A DNA stretch of 64,000 bases from Setoptus koraiensis (taxonomy: Eukaryota; Animalia; Arthropoda): positions 24,304,001-24,368,000 of the forward strand of contig CM106586.1 in the NCBI GenBank assembly GCA_048013815.1, read 5' to 3'. The position numbers and the translations under genes were made by a program. Shown here in pieces: positions 36,709-51,456 of the stretch. Each line of letters starts with the position of its first letter. The first letter of the stretch is position 1. A model generated the notes under the pieces. That model worked only from the letters and a program-made list of their open reading frames with translations, was not told the origin of the DNA and ran no database searches.

Positions 36709-37999
36709 GCACAAGTACTAGCATTGCTTTCAATACGCAGTCTGCCAGTGTCGCAAACAAGTGATATAATGGTGGAAGAGATAAAACATAAAGGATCTTC
36801 CGCTCGTTATCCACGCGAACAACAATCCGAGCGAACTCTGTAGGGCGAGCTTGTGCACACGCGCATTCACGAGCAAAAGCACATCTAGACCGGCGGTCAT
36901 GATCTTGAACTCTCCTTGGCGCAAATTAATAATTGTATAGTATGTAGTATTGAGGCGCACAGCACAATATGCTCACTGCGCCGGCTCGTGGACATAGGCG
37001 ACAACAAGTCTAGTCTGTGCGAGTGTGTTTAGCCACATATCGCAAGATATGTCAATCGCTGCAATAGGCACAATTGTCAGATTATTGTGGCTGGCTGCAT
37101 TAATGTCGTCATACCACAACTATTATTGCATCTCATCGAAGTAAACAGATGATAATCAAGTTAAACGCCTATGTGTGCTGCTGTGAGTGTGAATCGAATA
37201 GCAGCCGATTCGGCGGCTCATTGTGAAATGCATAAAGTTAGTTATATAGTTAGCTAGTTAATCAAGGATACGCATATGCACAACTGCAATAATACCACTG
37301 CTGGCTGATATTATTATTACCATACTGGCGCAACAACAATTGCTGAGGACATTGACCATGAACCCCCGAAGTATCGTCTAGTAGTAGTAGCAGCAGTAGT
37401 AGTGGTGGTTGCAGTGGTAGAGGCAGCAGCAGCAGCAGCAGTTGTGGCTGTGGTTGTTGCTGTAGTGAAGTTGCGACGATGCACACAAGTTATGTAACTT
37501 GAAATTGCCAACACACGCACACAAACAACTGCAGTATATTGACGAGTCAAAGAACCCTTTCGCTATTGTTGGTCTGACCAACCTTCGGAGCGCCAAATTC
37601 GAATGGATCTTAAACAACAATTGTTTGGGACAGATCTTCGTTTCCGTTTCCACTATACTACAATAACTCACTTGTAACTACTCACTTGTAACAACCAATT
37701 GGCAGTTATTATTATTCTCTTACTTGGGGACCATTTAACACTCCTCTCTTGTGCTAGTATCCGACCAGAGTATCTCGTTTATATATTCTCTTATATATCT
37801 CTCTTCCTCTGTGAGTTGGATTTGTGTAGCTGCATGGTTAGAATCACCTTTGATTTCAATCTAAATTTAAAATAACTCAATTGGCCATGAACTTGGCCAA
37901 GGCTGATCCAACTTGAAGCATCAGCCCGATGAAAAGCTCAGGAGGAAAAAAGTTGATTTGTGAGCAACTTTTGTTATTGCCATGCCACATTACTAGTCA

Positions 38000-38062
38000 C
38001 CACTCACCACTCTCCACTCTCCACTTGCCACTCTCCACTTGCCACTCTCCACTTGCCACTTG
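38000..38062. repeat. Heptamer tandem repeat, 9 units of CCACT(CT/TG/CA)
   Basis: Units counted directly. CCACTCT and CCACTTG alternate in the middle. Confidence 0.9.
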
Positions 38063-40933
38063 CCATTCGCCACAGTCCAGTCAATGGATTGTGTTCGACA
38101 GACACAGTGTGAGAGAGAGAGAAAATTGCCAAGCCAAAGTGTGCGCCATAATCACAAATGAGCAGCCTCAACTAAATCAAGCGTTTCTCTTCATTATAGC
38201 ATAGAAGCCCTCGCTCTCTGCCATCTATATTGTCCACCAACTCGCTGGACCAACTTTGGCTGACAAACTTGAGTCTAAAACTGCGAAAATAAACAAGCAA
38301 CGGATAAGAAGGCTGGCGCGTTGCCAACTATGCTGGTTCCCAAATCCATTATACAACATGTATTATCGCGCAGGCCATCTATTCAAATGATGATAATGTC
38401 TCAAAGCAGTAACAGCAATTATGGTAGAAGTAGTAGTAGTGGCCCTGGTATTAAACATGTGTGCCAATAACAATAATTTCTATACACAATTTTCATCAGT
38501 TTCATATCCTATATTCCTTGCGTCCACATCATACCGCCTTGAACGCTTCGCAGCGTTCTTCGATGGGCGCCATTCTGCCACTATCCTCCAATTGGTCATT
38601 GGCTAATGCCATCTGCTACCTTCCTCATTTAAGCGTTGGCCGCGCCCTCCTAGGGGGATCTATTGTTGTTCGCAAATATAAACAGTAATAGCCCCACATA
38701 GCACCATGTAACTAATGAAGCTATCTAGATTGTTCAGGCTATCACACAGTCAAGTTCAAGATAATCTAGCTAAGCGCTTGCATTAGCCTAACAAGGTGAC
38801 TATCAGACTACTCAGGCAACGCAGCCATTGCCTGATTTTATTCTGCTCATTATAGAATGCACAATATGTCCAAATGGCATTCGTATGATGCAATCGTCTT
38901 GAAGAGCACGTTCGATCTGGTAAAAATATTGAGGCGAATCTGCCAGTGAACAACTCACTTTTAGTATTTTAGTTTTTTTTTTTCACCCGACCTGTATATT
39001 TAGCAAACCATTTTCATAATGAGAAAATCCCTCTTATAAGCACAATATTCAATGCAAATAATGACGCTTCCTCCTATGATGATTCTCATCTACTTTGATA
39101 ATTTCTTACCTAACTCCTAGCGGCACTCTCTAAGCGTTGCCACTGTTATTACAGAATTCGAAGCAACTGCAACTCACTTGAATCGAGAATCATCTTTTAA
39201 AGAACAAAATGACGGCTAGCTTTTCATACTGTACAAACGATAATGTAAAAGTATCAAGTATTTAGCGGTCAAGTAAGCATGACAACAACTCTACCATTGT
39301 TAGCTGGCTCGAGATGTGGCATCATCAATTGACACGTACGAGCAGTCGAATGTTCAAGTAACGTCACTTCCACTGCAAACTAACTTTTTTTGTCACAAGT
39401 CACTTCGACTGTCTATAGGCGCACATAACATCTCATAATAACACTGATAATTAGTTGACGTAAAAGCTATACTGGCGCCATCTAAGACTATCTCGTAGCA
39501 TCCATCATGAAATAATCATCCGTGCTTCTGCCATTGCTCTGTCACTGCTATCACCAGAACTGGATGAAAAATATTATATCATAATGGCTCGATATTCCAT
39601 CATTTTTATTCAATTGTTTTCTTGTTGTTTGTATGAGTCGGTGTTGCATAGATGTCAAAGTTCATACTATTGTACAAAAAAAAAACGTGTCTCTATAGAG
39701 CTTCCTAACCCTTTTCAATCCAAACAACAACAGAAATTGATTAGGTCGCAATACCTATCCGTCTTTCAATATTCTCAAACTGATGAAATAACAGTTTCAT
39801 TTTATGCAGCTGTTTCTATGTTTATTAGGGTCAAGTTAAAGAGCCAATTAGAGATGTTGAAATTTGCTCCGTTAGGCACGTACCATTATATTTTGAGCAG
39901 AAGTAACTGTTTATGATTGCCATATAGCACTGCATATAGGCACGTTGCGTCTGGTCAAAAAGCCGTCAGCGTATAAAATTGATTCCTCTATGTGATGGCT
40001 CTTTCTATTGTGCTGACTGAGACATAAATTAGTCTAGCCAGCAATCAATTGCCCGGGTGTCTACTTTCCAAAAATATCTTTCATTCTGAACACATATCTC
40101 TCTAACGATCGAACTAATCAAAGGGATTACCCGATTATATTCAATACTACAGAATAAAATACGACACAAAAATTGCCTCTATTGGGTTATTCCCCCCCCC
40201 CTTATTTATTGATTCAGCTTGGAGAGGTTATTACGATCCAATGTAGTCCCTTTCGATCATAAGACAATGACAAAATACATTAAGGCAAGTATAATAGCGT
40301 GCCTAGCTATGTGCCTCAGTATTACTCGTGGGGAGGGGGTAAAGTTCAAGTTGAAGTTCATGGCAAGCTAGATTGAATAGCTAGTGCGTGATGACATGTT
40401 AATGATACATAGAAGAGGGGCAGTGCCTATGTCATTCAACTACTTTGATTCCGTGAACCGATCGTAAAAACAAAACAAAAAAGAAAGTGAGGGCACAATT
40501 GTTTGCTGAACAACAGCAAGTAGTATCTTGTATGCGGCTGTATAGTATAGTATTCATACGTCACAGAATATAATGATTTGTATGTTGAAGCAACTTTCAT
40601 TTGAAGCACGTCCTATCCAGTGTCCTCTGGCAGTTCTCTTTGGACGAGTTCAACGTGCTCATCTCTCGAAGCACCTAACGTGCGCCTATTCGTGTTCGCC
40701 TCTTTGAGATGACTCATTCCCTATACCATTGCACCTTGTTGTCTATATAGTCACACCAAACGCACATGCCAGGGCCCCAACAACAAGCTCACACACAAAA
40801 ACACATTTGTATCACAGTGACAGTAGCCTCTCTAGCTACATAGAGCAACACTGGAGTCTCTCGGCGGGCGCTTCTCGGATATCTACATCGGATGTAGAGA
40901 GCTGCGTGTTAATATTGTGTCTCTGTTGCGGTT

Positions 40934-40980
<47 letters not shown>
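40934..40980. repeat. (GTTGCC)7 hexamer repeat
   Basis: Directly visible, degenerating into (GTT)n downstream. Confidence 0.93.
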
Positions 40981-42792
40981 TGTTGCTGTTGTTATTGTTG
41001 TTACTTCTAAAGTCGTTTCAACTCCGCAACGTCACTATAGGCCGACTATATGTACCAGGCAGGCACTCTAATGGTGCACATATCGTTGTTGCTTGCGCCT
41101 CCCCAGCGGCGGAGGTCATTCGCCTTGTTTGGTCAATGACCCTTGTAGTACTTGGTGCGCTCTGGGCTATATACACCGTGTGGAATTTTGTCAATACTTG
41201 GGGCTGCAGTTCGAGAAAAAGACGCGAGGGGCGCTCGCATCAACTCGAAATGGATCAAAAAGCTTGAGCTGTCTCGATAAATGTTACGTTTCTTCTTTTT
41301 TTTTCTTGTCTATTTGTTTTTCGATCACTCATACAACATACAAGTACGAAAAGCGTCCTCAAACGGCTCTTTCTTGAACTTCAATCACAAGTATTGGCAA
41401 AATTTCATACCAAACTAGATGCTTACGTAACTATATTTCGATGCAAACAACAGACCTCGTACTCACGCCAATGATAAAGCTACTGCGAATGGCGCCTAGC
41501 ACCCAATGTATCTATATATATCGTATGTATATCTTATTGTTGTATATATGAGTTCAAATTGTCTTATATGTTCTGCATACCAAGATAACTGCGATTACTT
41601 TAATTCTTTTTGTTGACTATCAGTGTTTCATGTTTACTGATTCGCATAATCTCCACACTGAACATCATGACAGTTACTTGAAAGGGTTAAATGCACACAC
41701 GGTACGCATAATTCTTGTCAAGACGTTTGTATGTATCAGGCGCAACGTAGGTGGCGACACCCAACGCGCGAGAAGTTTACTTAGACAAAGAGAGAAGGAG
41801 AGTTGGTCAAATCAATTGGTTTCCCGTCGGAAGCATAACATGTCTCGCTGCTCCAGTAAGCAACTGAATAATTCTTCGACTATTTGTCTGACTTCCAGCA
41901 GAAAAGTTTTACGGAGCTTGACGGAAACCAAACACCATGTGAAAGCGAGACAGCCTGATATACTTGTAAATCTGGCTGTTGTATAGGCTCTCGAGATTAG
42001 GTGAGAGCTTTTTTAACTTGTTAAAATTTCAACGTTCTATAGAACATTGAGAATATGCTGAAACTTTTGGTTATTGTAGCACCTTTAATGGTCAAATTAG
42101 TATAAGGAAATGTTCTTGGAATTGCACCAATAGCAATATCCATCAACAAATATTATCCAATCAAGTTTGTAGGTTCTCACATGTAATTGATCGACAATAT
42201 TTCGAGCACATACGGATTTATTGAAGTCAAATTGCAACTAAATAACTTTAGCACAAGTTTTCTTCACATCCTGTCAAGCCTTCTGTTCGATCGTACAATA
42301 CAATTGTATCAATCTTTTCCAATTGACAATAAAGTGCTTGTAGCAACTGTCCAGGTTCTCTTGCACACAATCACAGTAACTTATTCTGAAAAGTCTCCTC
42401 ACTTGTCAGAAGAGTCTCTTCTGAAGAGAATTATTTTCGAAATTGCCGCTCTTCCTATCAATCATGCTGCATCTTGGGGTTGAATCTGGGCCAACTATAT
42501 CTGACCATAAATAAAATTTTCCATTAATGAATGAGGTATTTACAGACTGCTTCTATGCATAATATCTAATCCCCAGGGCTTATTTACGGTGAGTCCGAGA
42601 AATACTTGCATGACTATTAAATCTTGAAAATCATGTCCGCCATGCAGCACCTAGTTGAACAATCAGTTATGATCTGGACATTGAAATCAAACTAACACAA
42701 AAGATCATCGAAAATTTAATAACAACAATACAGCTAGAGTACTATTATTACTCCAACATAGAACATATCATTGGATTCTGCTGGAAATTAAT

Positions 42793-45700
42793 ATGAGCCC
42801 TCCAAATAGGAATCACCGTGTCCTTACCGGTCATGTCACTAAAACACTTGGAGAGGATGATAGTTACGGTTTCATTGATGAGGAGATATTCTTCCAACAA
42901 TGCAACGTAGAAAAAGGAAAAGCCAAAGTTAATGATAGAGTTTATGCTGAATGTCAGTATTCTGAAAGTTTACCGTTCAACTGGAGTGCTACCAGAGTGA
43001 AAATATTAAAACCATTAAATCAAACTAATTCACCAAATCATCCTAGTTCATCGGAATCTTTTGCCAACAACAATAAGATACCATCTTTATTAAATAATCA
43101 AGATAACAGAGATGCACCCACATTGAACAAAATGATGACTACCCCCATGCTCCCAGCAACCCAATCTCAACAACAATTTAGCACCCATCATCAAATTGGT
43201 GGGAGGCATGATGGCAGCGATCATCCTCAAGAGGCGCCCAAACAGCTACTGGCGCCGACTACAAACCCAGGAGAATTTTTCAATCCTGATATCAGAGGAG
43301 GTGTGGCACCATTTTTAGGTCAACCTTCAGACGGATACCAAAAATTTCAAGGCCACGATCCTTTACTGGGAGCTAACAACAAGCTAACGTATACATCACA
43401 GCCAGGCTCGGCCTTTGTAACCTCTCCATTTGTTCCATTCATAACTCCCACGGCATTGACACCGCAAGCCATTACCGGGGGTCATCACAAAAGCATGAAC
43501 CAAGATCAAGCTGGATCATCCAGAAGTCAGAATCAGGGTAGCTTCCAAAGTAAAAACAATCAGTCCAGATGGAATGATCGTGATGCGGATAGGAGTGCCG
43601 ATCGGAAAGTCAATAGTAATAACAATGACAATAGAAGAGACAAATCCAGAATAAACGACAATAATAATCGAGGCAACCGAGGTAACAGTGGTAATGGAGC
43701 TAACCGTGGCAACAATGGTAGCCGTGATTCAAACAACAATAAAAATAAGAATAGTACCAATATCAATGTCAACATTAGTAACAACAACAATACTAAAGGG
43801 GGCAATCGTAACAAAGATGATAGAGATCGACGAGTTGAAAACACCAAGAGACCAATTCGTGATGATACTAGCGCTCGACTATCTCCCGCGCCATCTGCTG
43901 CTGTGTCGACGACGAGCAACAGCTCAAGTCACAGTAAAAGCACTCGCAGGCGTTACGAACCTCTCAACATACCTAAAGGACCTTTGATGTCTGAACGGAT
44001 TAACACCTTTGATATTAAGCAACGCTACCCATCTTCCCTACATATACCGTCTGACTTGAAAGAAGTAGCTATAAATTCGAACTTTAGGTTCGACCTTACA
44101 TCTATACCGAAACCGATTTGCTTTAAGATAGAAGTTTCTAATAAACAATGTGAGGATCTAACAGACAAACAAATTAACTCACAGCCAGATGTGTCGATGC
44201 AATCCTCATCTGTGAAAGCATTAAATCAAACCCCATCACAAGAAATCAAACTGATGCACAAATATGGAGTTAAGGTGATTCTTATTTCTGTACCCACGAT
44301 GGAAGACATTTATAAACGTTTGTTCGGACCAAATCTGGATTCATTCAGTTCCGATAGAAATCATGCGTCACATCTTTCTAGTACAATTTCTTTCTTGTGT
44401 ACCAAGAGTATCAGCGGAGGCTCATCATTGATAGGGGCAAAATTCGATCCTTCTCTCGATGGTTTCTTACCTAGCTCCTCATCTGTCCAGTCCCATAGGC
44501 CTAACCTCATAGGAACATGTATTCGCTGTGTTCGAGATCAAACAGGATTAGATTTGAGTCAATGCACGGAATGGGCTCATTTATGTACTTTTATTTACAA
44601 CCAGAAGAATGACTATTTTTCTGACTCTGCCAGTGTCGAGTACTCTTATATTTTCATGCCCGATGTTTGGAATCTTTTAACAACAGAATTCCAGAAAGAA
44701 TTTGGTACAATGAAAATTGTACCTGAAATCAAACCTGGAGACGTTGTTACTGACAAGGTCACTGAAGACTTTGCTACGAGTTGCGATAGTCAGACTGTCG
44801 CCGCAGTAAAAAAGGACGATACAACTCTTTCAAAAGAAGAGACACCCAATCAAGCCGAAGATTCTCACGTATCAACTGATGAGAGCAAAATCGACACATC
44901 AGATACATCTTTGAGTCAACTACCCACTACTCTAGATGAAAAAAATCAATTTGATCCAGATAGATTGGCAGAATTGAAGGTCTCAGATCTCAAGGCCGAA
45001 TTGGACCGTCGTAATATAAAATTCAAACATGGAATCAAAAAAGCTGAATTGATTGCCAAACTCAAAGAATCGATCGATTCAGAAGAAGTGAAAGAAAAAT
45101 CAGAGGATGAATTCAATCCCGGTGTACATCAATATGAAGAAGCAAGCCTTACTGAAAAGATCGATGAGACTCATAATGAAACTGCATTGCAACCAGAAGG
45201 AGCAGGAGGAGAAGACGCTCCAACAACTGCAGTAGATGAAAAATCGGATGAATCATCGGGGGTTAAAAGGAAGTTGGATGAATCATTTGAACAAACAGAG
45301 AAAGCCAGTAAAAAGCTGGAAATAGAAGATCAGGTTATTGATCAGCCTGTGAGCTTAGCACGTGGGGAATTGAAAGTTACACCCAAAGGGTTAACTACTC
45401 TAACAACAGTTTCATTGAATCAGGCTGCTGTTCTACCTCAAAAACACGATCAATTTGAATTTTCTGTTGCATCTAATATATTCAAGGATAGCTTGGTGCA
45501 GCATTTCAGTGAGTACATATTCACTGGTTTGGTTACAGATAAAACAGGGGACGGCTTCACCCCCTTAGACTCAGATGACAAGTCTTTCAAGAATCCTTCT
45601 AAACTAAATTCCGATGTAAAGCAGTTACCTTCCGATGGTTTTTCTTCAAGTAAAGACCTAGTTGATTTGCCTATCGACAGGTACATGAACATAGCTTTTA

Positions 45701-46360
45701 CTTTCTTTGACTCGACTCATATGGGATATATACTAGTTGATGACCTCAGCAAGATATTTCTCAACTCTGGATATTCTGTTAGCAAGAGAGCGTTACAAGC
45801 TATTTTAGGAGATGGCGAAAAATGCTACTACAAGTCGGTTCCAGACCCAAGTTGGACAGAAGCTTACAAGTTTCCGAAACAATTTTCTGAATACTCATTG
45901 AAAGAAAAATCAACCCGAAAGTCTATTGCCCATGATTCTTCAAACGATACAGTGGAGTTCAATGGTATTTACTATGACGTTGAAAAATTGATTCAGCAAT
46001 CAATAACATCAGAGAGAGTCAGAGTTAATATGTTTGAGAGGTTCAATAGAGCCATAACTAGATCAGATCAACAATCCGAAAACATACGCAAATTGGAAGC
46101 GAGCCAGAAATCATTATCTAATGCTATCAATATACAAAATGAGGAAATTTGCGAACTGAAGCGAGAAAAAGAACGTATCCGACAAAAGGTGAGTATATTT
46201 TTGATAATTGTTACGCGAAACTCTCCACATCGAAACGTTGTATCTATACTAATATACAAGTACGTTCTTCTTCAATTTTACCCTCCAGCATGATCGCTTA
46301 CGCAAGTGTATGGAGTCTTGTATTTCGTCATTTACTGATTTAATTAAACAGGATGATTGA
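42793..46360 (+). CDS. CCAR1: Cell division cycle and apoptosis regulator 1 (CCAR1/DBC1 family); join(42793..46188,46289..46360), 1155 aa
   Basis: S1-like domain (RVLTGHVTK..GFIDEEIFFQ..LPFNWSATRV), DBC1 domain (LIGTCIRCVRDQTGLDLSQCTEW), SAP domain (LKVSDLKAELDRRNI), EF-hand-like AFTFFDSTHMGYI and a C-terminal coiled coil. The 100-nt phase-0 intron has a GTGAGT donor. Confidence 0.92.
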
Positions 46361-46454
46361 GGCTACTCGAAGGATCGTAAGGTTTATAAATTAATGATGT
46401 TTTAATCTTAATCAAACCAGGAGTAACCAAGATATTAACATTGTGCTCATGTAA

Positions 46455-49400
46455 CTAATTTAATTTCATATACTTTGCTTTACCAACGGATCGCCGCTGT
46501 GTAGGATAGTATCTGTTTGGTGACATTCTACTTGATCCCGATTGAAAATGTGCTTCATAATTGCGGTTGCCTACCGAACGATAATCGGGCTTGCTGCTCG
46601 ACGAGTAGCGTTTTGAGGAAGACATGTCACCGTACAAATCTATAAAATCGTCAACGTGAATGGATGGAGGCCTGCTCGTGTTTTGTGGCCGCGATCTAAA
46701 TGAATCTCCTCGATTGATAAGACGCCCGCGACCGCGCAGAGGAGCTACGTATGGCCTTTTTGAACCACTTGGCACAGAGAGTTCCTTACTATTATGAGGT
46801 GTGTAATCAAACTTTTTAGAAGTTTCTGTACTGCGATGGGTACTTGATTTGATATCCATTAGAACTTTGAATCTGTACGATTTTCTCAAGCTGGACACAA
46901 GGTCGAACCTGTCTGAGCCTCTTCTTGTTAAATCCAGAAGATTGATCTTAACTGCTCTCTCCGGCGGAATTATTGGATTTTCTTCTGCAAAATTGGGCTT
47001 ACTGAGATCATTTGCTAAGACTTTCATAGATTTTAAAAAGGTCTATAAAGAGAATTTAAATGTAAAAAAGAGTATTATATAATAAAAAAAGAGTCTTCAA
47101 CATGAAGATGGCGGCTACCCGGTTATCTATTTACTTATATACTTACGTCAACCGTTGTGATGTTGCTGTTACTATTGCTTGCAGATAATAGCTCGTCGAT
47201 TCGCTCGGATTTGCTCAGAGCACAAAGGAACTTGATGAGATTTAGTAAAGTTTGATTGATTTTTTCGTCTTTCTTGCAGTTAACCTGTGTGTGGTTGGTC
47301 AAAGCAGACTCGAAAGATTTGTTCGTCATTAGAGCAGCCAAAAAGTTGAGTGTCATCCGTGTGGAGTAGGCGTTTTCTTTATCGTCATTGAACATGGTAC
47401 AAGAATGGTTGATCAAGGAATCAAACACACTTTTGACAACAATACAGGCTGTAGTAGTGGATAAATCACAAAGCTGATTGCACAAATACAGTAGTAGGGT
47501 CCTGATTCTTGGCTGGCAACTAATGCTAAAGTAGGATATCATCTGTTCAATTTTGCTATGGAGAGGATGTAAGTGAGCACTCCAAAGTTTACGATGATTG
47601 ACATGTTTGAATAATTGATCCTGATCTAGTGATTCGAGGGTATTATTCAATTGCAGGGGCTTTGGTAGTATCTTGGTGAATATTTCCAGACCATTGTAGA
47701 AAAATATTGGTGCAGACAAAGTGAAATCTATTATTTCTTGTAGCATCTTGGCCCAGACACTCTTACTGATGACTTTTTCTTCTGAAACACTGAGACACAT
47801 CTGAGTGTAACTCTTTAATGTGCATAGTATTAGGTACTGAATTTGTTTGGCTGAGTAGCAATTGACATTGTTTGTGTCAATCAAATTAAAACTTGAAATC
47901 TGCATAGAGTGTGCCTCGCTGTCAATATAATACGATTTTGGTACGAAACTTATCAACGAATATGTCTCTAGTATCACAGAAATAGCACTTGTATCTTTAA
48001 ATTCGCTCCCTCTCGCATCGATAGAATGGCTCACAATAGATTGAATAAGCAGGACTACACTTTTGATGAATGATAGAACCAACTGACCTTTGAGGCCCCT
48101 GAGGGCTGCGCTTTGATAAATTGGTTTTGAATAATTTCCGTTGAGCTCTTTTAGAATAACTAGTAATCTTTTGAGTCCTTCATGTTCAAAAACTTGAGTT
48201 ATGCCATAATGATACTTGAGATTACCGCAAACTTCTTCGTCATAAGGATAGAATAATTTGGATGTTGTTGTTTCGACATCTTCAAAAATCTCATCCTCTT
48301 TATAATTAAAAGAATCAACCTGTCTCTCCCCATTTGCATCTTCTGTATCTGTGTTGCAATGGTTTGATAGATATGGCTCAAAATGTCGTCTGCTGTAAGT
48401 ATCTGGTATAGACTCAAGGAACAGTTCTACTTGAGGCGGTATACATAGTTGACGGAGAATCCTTATTGTCGTTATGAGCTGGCTCGGTAACTTGAAATCC
48501 AAGCCATCGGCGAATGGTTTTGAATGGGTCGGAATACTTCTTCTAACCACTCGTAACAGTTGCTTAAATGATTCTTCAGAATAATTTATCATATGACATG
48601 GTCGATCTATATCGAAAGGTGTCAACCATTGTAGTAGGGGCCTGACTCTTACTGCTATAGCACTATTATTTTTGCACAAGTCGGTCATTGTCTCCAGATA
48701 TTCATCAGACATCTCCAGTACAGATTCATTTAACTGAAAGAACACTTCTAAGATTTCTAATGAGTATTCAATACATGTCTCCTTGTTGAATTCACTGTCC
48801 ACCTCGCGTTGAATATCTGGCATCTCCAAGAATCTCAGTAGGCAGTCCAAATTTCCTCCACATGAGAAATGCTTCAACAGTGCCTCTCTACCGTATGGAT
48901 GATCGGACAAGATGAATATTTGATGTAAAATTGGCTCAGGGACTGCATCTTCTGGTATCGTATCTCCACTGATAACCTCCCTATGAAAATCGAAAAGCTT
49001 ATCGATACAGTAGTACATCTTGAAACTGTACGCAGATTTGATTCCCAAGTTGTAGTATTTCGAAGCAATATGATTTTGGGGTGATTCCTTATTGACCCCA
49101 GTTGAACTTCCGCGATCTTTCAAGTCGGTGTTTGGTTTCAACAGTAGTATATCGAGGAGGTTGTTGGTGCTTTCTATGAAATCGGACGAAAGAAATAAAT
49201 GCAGACCCCTCGGCGAAGACAATAGAGCTCTAACAAAGTTTAAACACAAGTCTTGCACTTGAATGTGAGCCTCCTTCTCATCATCTGGGTGGTCGTATTC
49301 TGTTTTCCTTAAATGCTGCAGTGCATCATTGATCTTGTCTAATGTTCTGAAATGTTTTATCCATTTATAAACAGCCATGTATGGATCTAATCTACATGGT

Positions 49401-51456
49401 TTGACATGAAATTGATTTGTAGCCGGCAAGTAACGGATAGGTTGGGCTATGTTGGCGCAGTCATCCTCTACAAGCTGTACAATATCACTTAAAACCTGTA
49501 ATAGAACTGTGTAGTCCCTGGCATTGCTTGCTGCATTATTTGAATCGGCGGTTGTTTCAGATGCAGCCTCTACTAAATTAGATAGTTTGTTAAGTGATTC
49601 GAAGAGAGTTATCTTCTTGAATAAACTACCTATGGCTACCACAACTCTTGTAGGTGGACTTTCTAGTAATATACTAAGCAAGAATTGGTAGCATGTCATC
49701 AGACGCATTCCAACTTTTGTATCGGATAATTCGTTACTTAGGTTGCTGCAATCATAATCGACCTTGTCTTCTCTGTCTTCCTCGAAAGGCAAGTTATTTG
49801 AAGGATCATGACGTTTAGATTCTTGATAAGGCCATTCATATTTGTGGAACATGATGGTTTGTATACCTACGAGTGAATCACAAGCCGCATCGAGGCACCT
49901 TATTATTTGTAGACGGACCGGAAGCGACATATTTGGTTTATGGTACAACATCAGAGCTTTTTTAGGGATTTCGTGCTTCAGTAATGAATTAACGGATAAC
50001 TCATCACAATGGAACAACACTGAAGCTAACTTCAAGCCAGCTTTGATGTGGCGCACCTTGAATACTGTTTGAGGTTGCTGTAAAGCCAAGTCAAAGTCAA
50101 GACCAAAGCAAACCTGCTCAACAAGAACATCGACAACTTTTGTGTTATCGAGACACTGATTCAATGATAGATTGTCGATGCTGGCGGCTATGTCCTCCAT
50201 AACTAGGACCCATTCATCCGTCTTGATGTTGTCATCTCGGGACGTTTTTGATATATCTTCAAGAATTCGTTTACTCTCTATTTCGAGTAGATTTTGAGCG
50301 TATGTATCTTGATTTCTGAGAAGGCGATCGGATTGAATGTTTCTTTCTTGGTTTGTCATAGATGGATCCGCAAAGTAGAGTAATGGCTCAGCTCTGTAAG
50401 AAAGTGGGTCGAATTTCCATTCCTCGTGAAGCTCCTTGACTCCTTCTGGACTTTTCTTTTGGAAATCTGTTGTACCATTGACATCCAAGTTTTTGTAACT
50501 CTTTTCTTGTTTATCAATATCAACGGGTGATTCATCATCGCTACTGCTGATCTCTTCCAGTTCTTCTTCTTTTCTCTTTTGTGGGGAGCACCTTGGACTT
50601 ATCAGACCCTCGTCACTGCTACTTATTTCTTCGAGCCCTCCGCTCCTTGGAACATCAGCTGAGCTAACTAAAGTCGTAAGAGGATCTTCAGGCAGAACAT
50701 CCACATTCTCAGAGTCTACACTCATGGCATCTCTTAGCAATTCGCGCCTGATGGACTCTGGTGTCCGTCTTGTGTGTGAGATAAGTTCATCGTTTATTGG
50801 ACGAACCAGGGAGTTGCTGACATCTATAGAAGCTTCTCTTTCGCTTATCACAGGCGAAGCCGGAGTTTGTGCTGGTGGTGAGGGGAGGACGTTTTGTTCA
50901 TTGTGTTGTTGCGCATGCAGTTGTTCGAGACTAGTAGTTTGACCTAAAATGGCAAGTGTCAGGGTTCGGTAGTTTCCACGTAATAATAATCCATCAGTGT
51001 GTATTTTAATGGAGGGAGAGAAATCTGTCACTTTCTCGCTATAATCAAATTTTCCTAAATCGGCAAACGTGTATGAGTTTTGTTTAGTTAAGTCGTTGAC
51101 AAAGAAATCTAACTCAAATTTAGATGGATTGGTGGCACCCAAACGCACACCTCCTGGTATTTTGGCTTCGACTTTTTGCCCTAACGGGACAATGCGTATT
51201 AGATCAATCACTATAGGAGATGGAAACTGAACTAGATCAAAGTTGTTCTGTCGAGGGATTGCAATAGGTAGTAATTAGATAGATATTAATAGTGTGGATA
51301 TCTTAGAGGGGATTATATTTGGTAATGGGTTGATGATTAGATAGATTTAGTCATGGAGCTTACATCAGGTTCAGAATGGGAGAATGTGTCGAAAAATAAC
51401 AATTCCTCTGTAAGACACGTGGAGGATGGTGCAACATAATCATCGCTTGCATTCAT
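46455..51456 (-). CDS. VIRMA: Virilizer/VIRMA m6A methyltransferase-complex subunit; complement(join(46455..47042,47147..51247,51364..51456)), 1593 aa
   Basis: N-terminal ELLFFDTFSH..DLVQFP..IHTDGLLLRGNYRTLTLAILG and C-terminal FRSRPQNTSRPPSIHVDDF match virilizer. Phase-0 introns of 116 and 104 nt have GTAAGC and GTAAGT donors. Confidence 0.92.
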
